DNA of 64,000 nucleotides, from the NCBI GenBank assembly GCA_963666285.1, contig OY762711.1; one strand, 5' to 3'. Under the pieces are notes generated by a model, which made no database searches, had not been told where the DNA came from, and saw only the letters and a list, made by a program, of their open reading frames with translations. Within the stretch, counting starts at the first letter, position 1. The number at the start of each line of letters is the position of its first letter. Positions 18,498 through 26,361 of this stretch are shown here, piece by piece. The position numbers and the translations under genes were made by a program. This DNA is from Sedimentisphaerales bacterium (lineage in GTDB: Bacteria; Planctomycetota; Phycisphaerae; Sedimentisphaerales; SM23-30).

Positions 18498-19106
18498 ATG
18501 ACTGATTATATTCCAGATTTTCTCGATGCATGTCAGGAAATTGACAGGCTGGGACTTTCTCTTTGCAGCAGTGGCAATCTCTCTTTCAGGGCCGCTGAAG
18601 ACATGGCACTTATTACCGGAACCGGTACATGGTTTGGCAAAATGTCCCCTGAAAAGATTTCTATATCCAGAATTTCAGATCAGGAACTAATTAACAATGT
18701 CAAACCTTCAGTTGAAAGCAGATTTCATCTGGGAATCTTAAACGATCAGCCTGAAATAAATGCTGTTTTACACTTCCAAAGCCCATATGCAACAGCAATT
18801 GCATGCGGAAAAACGCTTCCTGACAATTTTAATGTCATTTTGGAAGTACCATTCTATATTGGCGACCCGATCATGGTTGACTTTTTACCGCCCGGCAGCG
18901 AGGAGCTTGCAAATGCTGTCAGAGAAGCATCTTGTAAATCAGCTATGGTTATTATTCAAAATCATGGTATGGTTACTACTGGAAAAAGCTTAAGCGATGT
19001 AATCCAAAAAGCAGCTTTTTTCGAGCTGGCTTGTAGTGTACTGGTCAAGCAAGGTAATCCATCGTTTATCTCTCAGGAAATGGTAGCCCGTTTAGTTACG
19101 GCATAA
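18498..19106 (+). CDS. Class II aldolase/adducin family protein
   Basis: SGNLS, KPSVESRFH, VLHFQSPYAT, QNHG motifs. Confidence 0.9.
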   Translation: MTDYIPDFLDACQEIDRLGLSLCSSGNLSFRAAEDMALITGTGTWFGKMSPEKISISRISDQELINNVKPSVESRFHLGILNDQPEINAVLHFQSPYATAIACGKTLPDNFNVILEVPFYIGDPIMVDFLPPGSEELANAVREASCKSAMVIIQNHGMVTTGKSLSDVIQKAAFFELACSVLVKQGNPSFISQEMVARLVTA

Positions 19107-19125
19107 TAGATAATTTTATTGAAGA

Positions 19126-20079
19126 ATGAAGAAAGCCCGAAGACATCAATTGATTGTTAACCCTAAATCAGGTTCAAATTTAAGGGTTGATAGAATTAAG
19201 GACTTGAAAGAACACCTTGAAAGTATTGGAGATATTGTAGATATCCACCTGACTCGGTCACTTAACCACGCCTCTGAGCTTACAAAGGCAGCTGTTGAAG
19301 GTAATTATGACACTGTGATGATAGCGGGCGGAGATGGCAGCGTCAGGGTAGTGCTGGAAGCTGCCGCTGGCAGCAGGGTGCCGGTATTGATTATTCCTTC
19401 TGGAACTGAGAATTTATTAGCTTGTGAACTAGGACTTGATGGTACCCTGGCAAACAGTATTGCTGCTGTTGATCATGGTGTTGTTCGTGAAATAGACCTG
19501 GGAAAGGTTAATGGCAAGCATTTTATGGCAGTTATAGGTGTTGGTTTTGACGCCCAGGTAGTAAAATACGTGCATCAGAAACGCAACGGGCATATTACGC
19601 CTATGAATTATTTATGGCCGCTGGCAAGAACTTTCTGGTCGTATAAGTTCCATCCAATTAAGGTAGTTGCAGATGGCAGGCAAATATGTGATGACCCGGC
19701 TTTGGTGTTTGTAAGCAATATTGAGCGATATGCTATTGGATTAGGGATAGCACCTGGTGCTGATTGCAGTGATGGGTATCTGGATATAACTATATTTAAG
19801 TGTAAGTCTCGCTGCAGGTTGTTGTGGCAGTCCTGTTTAACTTCGCTCAGAATGGACCATAAAAGCTCTCAAGTGATAAGGCTGAAATGTCAAAATGTTG
19901 AGATTAGTTGTAATCACAGTGTACCCGTGCAACTGGATGGCGATGATGGGCCGGAATTACCTCTTAATATCTCGGTAGATCCGGCATATGCCCACATACT
20001 TACACCGCCGCCTCCGCCAGGACAGGAATTCCACCCTCCGGTTAGTTTTTACCATATTAAACGGTGGGTATTTAGATAA
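19126..20079 (+). CDS. Diacylglycerol/lipid kinase family protein (YegS/BmrU-like)
   Basis: IVNPKSG, GGDGS, IPSGTEN, GVGFDA, QLDGD motifs. Confidence 0.92.
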   Translation: MKKARRHQLIVNPKSGSNLRVDRIKDLKEHLESIGDIVDIHLTRSLNHASELTKAAVEGNYDTVMIAGGDGSVRVVLEAAAGSRVPVLIIPSGTENLLACELGLDGTLANSIAAVDHGVVREIDLGKVNGKHFMAVIGVGFDAQVVKYVHQKRNGHITPMNYLWPLARTFWSYKFHPIKVVADGRQICDDPALVFVSNIERYAIGLGIAPGADCSDGYLDITIFKCKSRCRLLWQSCLTSLRMDHKSSQVIRLKCQNVEISCNHSVPVQLDGDDGPELPLNISVDPAYAHILTPPPPPGQEFHPPVSFYHIKRWVFR

Positions 20080-20086
20080 CATTTTA

Positions 20087-20246
20087 GGCAACCTCTGAAA
20101 ATTCATTTTGAGTGACAAGTTTTTCTTTTACTTGCTGACATGCGTCACATAAAACAGTGAATATAGCCAATATGCACGATTTTATGTTCCTTGTCAGCAA
20201 CCAAAATCTTAAACTATCGCATCAAAAGCAATTTCCAGAGGTCACC
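20087..20246. mobile_element. 160-bp non-autonomous MITE-like element with terminal inverted repeats and TTA target-site duplication
   Basis: TIRs GGCAACCTCTGAAAATT / (rc) GGTGACCTCTGGAAATT match 14/17; flanked by TTA on both sides (20084-86, 20247-49); nested internal inverted repeats. Confidence 0.7.
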
Positions 20247-20314
20247 TTAAGTTTTTTTGTCAAATATTGCATTAAACTATTTTATATTGAATAATTATTA
20301 TTTCGGAGATAAAT

Positions 20315-21193
20315 ATGAAAGGTATCATTTTGGCAGGTGGAAGCGGGACAAGGCTTCATCCAATGACAAGAAGTGTCAGTAAGCAAATATTACCCATTTA
20401 CGACAAACCAATGATTTATTACCCATTAAGTGTTTTAATGCTTTCAGGTATTCGTGAAATTCTGATAATTTCTACTCCGAGATATCTGCCAACATTTAGA
20501 GACTTATTAGGTGATGGCAGCCAGTGGGGGATTTCACTGGAATATGCAGAGCAGCCAGAACCGGAAGGTCTTGCTCAAGCCTTCATTATTGGAAAAGATT
20601 TCATTAATGGTGGTGCAGCGTCACTTATTCTTGGTGATAACATTTTTTATGGTCATGGACTGGCCAAATCATTAACTGAGTCTGCAAAAATAACTTCTGG
20701 TGCCAGAATATATGGATATTGGGTACGAGATCCTGAGCGATATGGTGTAATTGAGTTTGATAAGACAGGTAATGTGTTAAGCGTCGAAGAAAAGCCGCAA
20801 AAGCCTAAGAGCAATTATGCTGCAGTAGGCTTATATTATTATGATAACAAAATTACTGATATTGCAGCTGATATAAAACCATCTGCTAGGGGAGAGCTTG
20901 AAATTACTGATGTAAATAAGAAATACCTGGAGCTGGGAGAACTTTCTGTAGGGCTATTAGGCCGCGGTACAGCATGGTTAGATACAGGAACTCCGGAATC
21001 TATGCTTCAGGCTTCTAATTTTGTATATACTGTTCAGCAAAGGCAGGGCTTGATGATTTGCTGTCCGGAAGAAGTAGCATATACGCTTGGGTATATAGAC
21101 CAGGAGCAGGTGTTGAAATTAGCAGATCCTCTTAAAAAGAACCATTATGGACAATATTTATATAGCCTTGTAAAAGAAGGTATTCATTTATAG
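20315..21193 (+). CDS. rfbA: Glucose-1-phosphate thymidylyltransferase
   Basis: [53 protein letters not shown]. Confidence 0.97.
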   Translation: MKGIILAGGSGTRLHPMTRSVSKQILPIYDKPMIYYPLSVLMLSGIREILIISTPRYLPTFRDLLGDGSQWGISLEYAEQPEPEGLAQAFIIGKDFINGGAASLILGDNIFYGHGLAKSLTESAKITSGARIYGYWVRDPERYGVIEFDKTGNVLSVEEKPQKPKSNYAAVGLYYYDNKITDIAADIKPSARGELEITDVNKKYLELGELSVGLLGRGTAWLDTGTPESMLQASNFVYTVQQRQGLMICCPEEVAYTLGYIDQEQVLKLADPLKKNHYGQYLYSLVKEGIHL

Positions 21194-21432
21194 GACATTG
21201 GCAGGGGAAGATTGAGAAATCCTTGTTTTCAGCATTAAAATCGAGGTTAGTGCATTTAGCAACTAAGCTTATCAATACTGGTAAGCCTGCCATGGCATGA
21301 ACAGGTGTTTTTTAGTGTATAATTCCAGGCTAAATATATCCTGAATATTAATCATATATACCGACATTATTTTTAACGTAAAACTTGCAAAAGGGCTGAG
21401 ATTTCAGTCCAAACGTCTAGCGAGGACTTGAT

Positions 21433-21633
21433 ATGTTTTACTACATGGTATGTTGGTTGTTTGTGCTTTTATTTCTAGTTTTCGTAGAATTTAGTCGTGA
21501 ATTAGTATTTTCTTCGAATTTTGACGAATTCAAGGAGCCTGAAAAAACAGATTCATTTCAGGAGTATGTGATTGAAGTGGACTGTTGGGAGAGGCCGCCT
21601 CCAGGCGTTTCATGCTTTTTAAGTAGAAAATAG
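21433..21633 (+). CDS. Small hypothetical protein, hydrophobic N-terminus and C-terminal ERPPP motif
   Basis: GAGGA RBS upstream of ATG; terminator immediately downstream; no recognisable family. Confidence 0.45.
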   Translation: MFYYMVCWLFVLLFLVFVEFSRELVFSSNFDEFKEPEKTDSFQEYVIEVDCWERPPPGVSCFLSRK

Positions 21634-21675
21634 CATAAAATCTCTAATAATTTTAAATTTAAACAATAATATTAC

Positions 21676-21699
21676 AGGCGGCAAATTGCCGCCTTTTTT
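21676..21699 (+). terminator. Intrinsic terminator
   Basis: AGGCGGCAA-A-TTGCCGCCT inverted repeat followed by a T run. Confidence 0.85.
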
Positions 21700-21743
21700 C
21701 ATTTTTACGTTCTATATATAAATTTTTGGATTGTAAAACTATT

Positions 21744-21772
21744 TTGAAAATTAGACGTAATTATTATATAAT
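21744..21772 (+). promoter_or_regulatory. Sigma70-type promoter candidate
   Basis: TTGAAA-N17-TATAAT about 45 nt upstream of ATG 21817. Confidence 0.55.
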
Positions 21773-21816
21773 CCACTATTTGTATCAGATTAAGATTGAA
21801 TTGGAGAATAATATAT

Positions 21817-22692
21817 ATGCAGTTAGGAAAACGATTTAAGCATATTTGGGATGAGATGCTATGCCATTTACCATTTACCGCAGGCGGAGCTGCAATAGGT
21901 ATAGCTTTTATGTTAATGTTCAGAAATATGGGAACAGATACCGGTAAGGTTTTATTTCAGATATTTCACCCTGGCCATGTATTACTTTCAGCTATGGTCA
22001 CTTCATCGCTTTTTCTACTACATACCAAAAAGAAAAACATATTAGTTATTATACTTATAGGTTATCTTGGTTCTGTCGGAATTGCAACTTTGAGCGACTG
22101 CATAATACCATTTTTTGGTGAAGAAATACTTGGTGCCAGCATTCCTTCTCATGCCGCATTGCATGTAAATGACGCAGAAGCGGACAGCCATATTCACTCA
22201 GGAAATGAACATGAGCCTGCAGAAAGTGCCCATGAAGATGAGAGTCACTCCGAAGATAAAGCTCACGTAGATGAAGATTCTGAGCATATACATGATGAGA
22301 ATTGTGAGCATCATCACGAACATGGATTACACCTTGGATTTATTGAGCACTGGTACATAGTAAATCCAGCTGCGTTTCTAGGGATTCTTATAGCCTGGTG
22401 TATTCCCAGCAGCAGATTTCCTCATGGTATTCATGTCTTAATTAGTACCTGGGCGTCTTCATCGCATATGTTAATGAACACTACAGCAGATATGACAGCT
22501 TCTCTTATGGCAGGGATGTTTATAGTATTGATGTTAGCTGTTTGGCTGCCATGTTGTGTAAGCGATATATTATTTCCTCTATTATTTGTGAAAGGTGATA
22601 TTGGTGTAGCTTGCAGGTGTTCTGGTTCACACCATCATGACCATAATCATGAGGAAAACGACGGTTCCAACTCAAACCCCAATATAGATTGA
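21817..22692 (+). CDS. Polytopic membrane protein with His/acidic-rich loop and His-rich tail; putative metal transporter/permease
   Basis: ATG at 21817 after GGAG; about 6 hydrophobic segments containing H residues (FHPGHV, PHGIHV) and a PCC motif; HIHDENCEHHHEH loop; HHHDHNH tail. Confidence 0.7.
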   Translation: MQLGKRFKHIWDEMLCHLPFTAGGAAIGIAFMLMFRNMGTDTGKVLFQIFHPGHVLLSAMVTSSLFLLHTKKKNILVIILIGYLGSVGIATLSDCIIPFFGEEILGASIPSHAALHVNDAEADSHIHSGNEHEPAESAHEDESHSEDKAHVDEDSEHIHDENCEHHHEHGLHLGFIEHWYIVNPAAFLGILIAWCIPSSRFPHGIHVLISTWASSSHMLMNTTADMTASLMAGMFIVLMLAVWLPCCVSDILFPLLFVKGDIGVACRCSGSHHHDHNHEENDGSNSNPNID

Positions 22693-22698
22693 TTTTAT

Positions 22699-22741
22699 AA
22701 AAAAAAGTAGGCATGTTCGGAAAGGAGAAACGAACATGCCT
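22699..22741 (-). terminator. Intrinsic terminator oriented on the minus strand (possibly bidirectional)
   Basis: Perfect 11-bp stem AGGCATGTTCG/CGAACATGCCT; A8 on the + strand 5' side = U8 tail on the minus strand. Confidence 0.75.
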
Positions 22742-22899
22742 GTATAAAAATGAGAAGAATGTGGACTAATTGAATAATTGATATTACATCTCAACTCCTG
22801 ATCTATCCTGTTGTACTCAAATTCTAGTTTTTGCCATAAGTTTCCCTAAATTCTCATTACTGTTATATTATAGTATTGTTAATACTAAATGTGTATATA

Positions 22900-22928
22900 T
22901 TATCGGTTTTACGTAAGTTGGAAGTTAA
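22900..22928 (-). promoter_or_regulatory. Sigma28 (FliA/WhiG)-like promoter candidate
   Basis: Minus strand TTAACTTCCAACTTACGTAAAACCGATAA = TAAC-N16-ACCGATAA, against the sigma28 consensus TAAA-N15-GCCGATAA. Confidence 0.5.
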
Positions 22929-22956
22929 GCGACATGTGGGATTCCTTTTATAACGA

Positions 22957-22985
22957 TTGACAAATAAAGCACTTTCTGGTAATTT
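22957..22985 (+). promoter_or_regulatory. Sigma70-type promoter candidate
   Basis: TTGACA-N17-TAATTT upstream of the SH3 gene. Confidence 0.45.
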
Positions 22986-23039
22986 ATTTTATTACTTTAA
23001 GAAAGAAAAACAATATTGATTACGACTGGAGATAACAGT

Positions 23040-24407
23040 ATGAAGATTTCTAAAGCATTGTTTTATATAGGTTTGTGTTCTGTCTTGTTGTTCACAAGCA
23101 CCACATTTGCAGCAAATGACAGTCAGGGTGATTCTGCTGGTTTTGTTACAGAAAATAATCCTCAAAATAATCTTAATGAGTCAGAGCCTGTTTGGGGTAA
23201 CTCTACCTCTGTTAACAATATGCCTGTTAATTCTAATATAACAAGTGATTTCCCCTATATTGGAGTTATAACTTCAGAAAGTGTATATGTTCGTTCTGGT
23301 CCAGCTACTCCATATTATCCTGTTGGCAAACTCACAAAAGGCCAGGAGGTTATAGTCACACAAATACGGCCTGGAAAAAGAAGCTGGGCCCGGGTTGAGC
23401 CGGTTCCCGGTAGTTTTGCCTATATTTCGTGCGAATTTGTTAAGATACTTGATACAATTGACAGCAATAATATGGAATTAACAGATTCAGATGAAAATAT
23501 CGATGAATCAACTCCAAATGAAACTGATGAAGAAGCAGATGTAACTGACGACAATGAACAAGTCGGATTACTTGGCAAAGAACTGCTGACAGGGATTGTT
23601 ACCGGTGACAACGTTCGAATTCGTGCCGGCAGCATTGACATTTCCCCGACAAATGCAAACCGTGTTCTTATGCTGGCAAAAAAAGGTCAGGAAGTAAAAG
23701 TAATTGGTAAGAGGGATGAGTTTTATAAGATCGTTCCGCCAAGAGGAAGTTATTTCTGGGTAGCAGCAGATTATATAAAAAGAAGTGATAAGACATCCCT
23801 GGATTATGTGAATGAGGTTAGAAATCAAAATAGTGAGCTAATTGCAAATGTTACTTCTTCTGATGAATTAAAATCTCAGTATGTTCAGTTGAGAGATGTA
23901 CTAAACGAGTATGAAGCTGTTCAAAAAATGCCTTTGATGGATCGTGATTATGCCACATTAAGGTTGCATGTCGAAAAACTCGGCAAAGAAACTGATTCAG
24001 AAACGGTTAAAAGTACTGCAGAAATGCTACTAAAGACTATTCTTAAAGGAGAAACAGCACAGAAACAGCTTTTAGCTTCAATTGCGCAGGATAAGCAGAT
24101 TGAAGAAGCCATGTTGAAAATAGATCAGGCCGTTGATAAAGCTTTGCGAGAAAATACTCCTGCTGATGATTCGCCCGACATAATAGTTGTTAAAGGTAAA
24201 TTAGCAAAATCTGCAGTATTTACAACAGGCGTAACTAAAAGATACTTACTTTTGGATAATGCAGGATTGATAAGTTATTATGTATCTGGTGATGACCTGG
24301 AAAAATATGTTGGCCGACAGATATCAGTAAGCGGACCATCTAGCTTTGATCCATCAACTCAAACTAAATTTATTGAAGCAAGTCGAGTGATCGTAATAGA
24401 AGAATAG
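23040..24407 (+). CDS. Secreted protein with two bacterial SH3 domains
   Basis: ATG 23040 after GGAG; signal peptide; VYVRSGP...Y.VGKL.KGQEV and DNVRIRAG...KGQEVKVIG SH3b-like repeats. Confidence 0.8.
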   Translation: MKISKALFYIGLCSVLLFTSTTFAANDSQGDSAGFVTENNPQNNLNESEPVWGNSTSVNNMPVNSNITSDFPYIGVITSESVYVRSGPATPYYPVGKLTKGQEVIVTQIRPGKRSWARVEPVPGSFAYISCEFVKILDTIDSNNMELTDSDENIDESTPNETDEEADVTDDNEQVGLLGKELLTGIVTGDNVRIRAGSIDISPTNANRVLMLAKKGQEVKVIGKRDEFYKIVPPRGSYFWVAADYIKRSDKTSLDYVNEVRNQNSELIANVTSSDELKSQYVQLRDVLNEYEAVQKMPLMDRDYATLRLHVEKLGKETDSETVKSTAEMLLKTILKGETAQKQLLASIAQDKQIEEAMLKIDQAVDKALRENTPADDSPDIIVVKGKLAKSAVFTTGVTKRYLLLDNAGLISYYVSGDDLEKYVGRQISVSGPSSFDPSTQTKFIEASRVIVIEE

Positions 24408-24470
24408 CATCTATGATCATGAAATTAGAATCCGGCATAGTTACAAAAAATACAGTCGGGATATAACATT

Positions 24471-25421
24471 ATGACGCAAAAAACAGGCATCACTTATAAT
24501 AAGAAGCTTATACCGCTTCGAGAAAATCTGTCTAAAGTAATAATTGGTAAAGATCAATGTGTAGACGCTATGATTATAGCTATATTAGCCGGAGGTTCGG
24601 TTTTACTGGAAGATATTCCGGGTGTTGGTAAAACAACATTAGCCAGGGCTGTAGCGAGAAGTATATCTGCTCACTTCAGTCGGGTGCAATTTACCCCGGA
24701 TCTTTTACCTGCTGATATCTTAGGTTCATCTATATATAACCCTGTAAGTGGTGAATTTAAGTTTCATCAAGGTCCTATTTTTTGCAACCTTATGCTGGCT
24801 GATGAGATAAACAGGGCGTCACCCAGAACCCAATCTGCGCTGCTTGAAGCAATGAATGAGCAACAGGCGACAATTGAAGGCACAAGTTACGTGTTGCCAA
24901 AGCCATATATGGTCGTTGCAACTCAAAATCCAATCGATTTTCATGGTACATACCCTTTGCCGGAAGCTCAATTAGACAGGTTTTTAATCATGTTGGATAT
25001 GGGATATCCTGATCCTGAACTTGAGGTTAATATTTTGCAATCTCGACGCGAGATAGATCCGCTTGATGGTCTTGAACCAGTTTTGTCTGGTGAAGAGATA
25101 TGTCAAATTCAGCATTCAGTTAAGTTAATCCATTGCGATGAAGGTATTTTAAGATATATTGTTGATATTGCTGCTCGTACAAGAAATGATGCAAGGCTTA
25201 GGCTGGGTGTTAGTCCCAGGGGGACATTAATGTTATTCAAGGCCGCCCAGGCAGCTGCCTATTATTTTAATAGAGACTATGTTATACCAGACGATGTAAA
25301 ATGGGTTGCCGGTCATGTTTTATCACATAGAATAGTATTAACTGCCGGTACCAAATATGAAGGTATATCTCGTCAGGATATAATAAACGAAGTAATAACC
25401 AAAATTAAAGTACCAGTTTAA
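24471..25421 (+). CDS. MoxR family AAA+ ATPase
   Basis: LLEDIPGVGKT, RVQFTPDLLPAD, ADEINRASPRTQSALLE, YPLPEAQLDRF. Confidence 0.96.
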   Translation: MTQKTGITYNKKLIPLRENLSKVIIGKDQCVDAMIIAILAGGSVLLEDIPGVGKTTLARAVARSISAHFSRVQFTPDLLPADILGSSIYNPVSGEFKFHQGPIFCNLMLADEINRASPRTQSALLEAMNEQQATIEGTSYVLPKPYMVVATQNPIDFHGTYPLPEAQLDRFLIMLDMGYPDPELEVNILQSRREIDPLDGLEPVLSGEEICQIQHSVKLIHCDEGILRYIVDIAARTRNDARLRLGVSPRGTLMLFKAAQAAAYYFNRDYVIPDDVKWVAGHVLSHRIVLTAGTKYEGISRQDIINEVITKIKVPV

Positions 25422-25441
25422 TTTAATAACTGGTTATATTT

Positions 25442-26335
25442 ATGCTGACAAAAGCTGATAAAATCCTATTGGACGGTATTCGATCCGGTGATGCAGAAGT
25501 ATGGGGAGTATTTGTTAACAGGTTCCAGGGAAGACTTACTTCTTTTGCCATGAGAGCATTAAACGGCAAGCTTTCTGATGCGGAAGATTTAGTGCAGGAA
25601 ACTTTTATAGCTTGTATAAAAAGTCTAAATAGTTTTGAAGGTAAAGTATCGCTTGAGAGTTGGGTATTTATGATACTTCGCAGGCGATTGATCGACCAGT
25701 ATCGCAAGCATGCTTCTTCAAAGATATGTTCGATTAACGACCTGGCTGCCAAGGAAGATGATAGCAATTTCAACTATGAAACATTAGGGGCCGGCGATAA
25801 TATGACAGCTAGTCGCTATGTATCTAATGATGAAGTCTTTTGTGAACTTAAAGGAATGCTTGCTGCTGCCTTGAGAGAGATAACAGACAGGTCTAAAAAG
25901 AAAAATAACTTTCGAGACATAAAAATAATTGAACTTGCATTTTATGCGGGGCTGGGAAACAAAAGTATTGCAAGCTGTATAAATGAAGACCCCAAAACAG
26001 TAGGGTTGGTAAAGCACAGATGCCTCGAGAAACTCAAGGAGTCTTTAGCTGGAAAAGTTGAAATAAACGCAGATAATAATATTGATGGTATGTTAGTTGA
26101 GATTTGGCAGGAACAAAGGTTTACATGCCCTAAACGATCAACAATTGGCAGCTGGAGACTGGGTTCTTTGGATGAAGAGTGGGCGGGATATGTTGACTTT
26201 CACATTAATAATCTAGGATGCAATATATGTTTGGCCAACCTGGAAGATCTCGATAATGAATTGAACAAAAAGGCAGAATATGAATCTGTATGCCAGAGAA
26301 TATTCGAATCTTCTATTGGATTTCTAAAGAGTTGA
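25442..26335 (+). CDS. ECF sigma factor with C-terminal Cys/His (zinc-finger-like) extension
   Basis: DAEDLVQETF...W.F.I.RRRLID region 2; C-terminal CPKRSTIG...HINNLGCNIC. Confidence 0.85.
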   Translation: MLTKADKILLDGIRSGDAEVWGVFVNRFQGRLTSFAMRALNGKLSDAEDLVQETFIACIKSLNSFEGKVSLESWVFMILRRRLIDQYRKHASSKICSINDLAAKEDDSNFNYETLGAGDNMTASRYVSNDEVFCELKGMLAAALREITDRSKKKNNFRDIKIIELAFYAGLGNKSIASCINEDPKTVGLVKHRCLEKLKESLAGKVEINADNNIDGMLVEIWQEQRFTCPKRSTIGSWRLGSLDEEWAGYVDFHINNLGCNICLANLEDLDNELNKKAEYESVCQRIFESSIGFLKS

Positions 26336-26361
26336 GAGCGTAATAACTATAAAAATCAATA

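Noticed and set aside
21199..21292. tRNA/tRNA-Sec (GGAAGAT start, CCA end)
   Set aside because: No T-loop (TTCRA), no D-loop GG, no proper anticodon arm; kept only as an unknown fold
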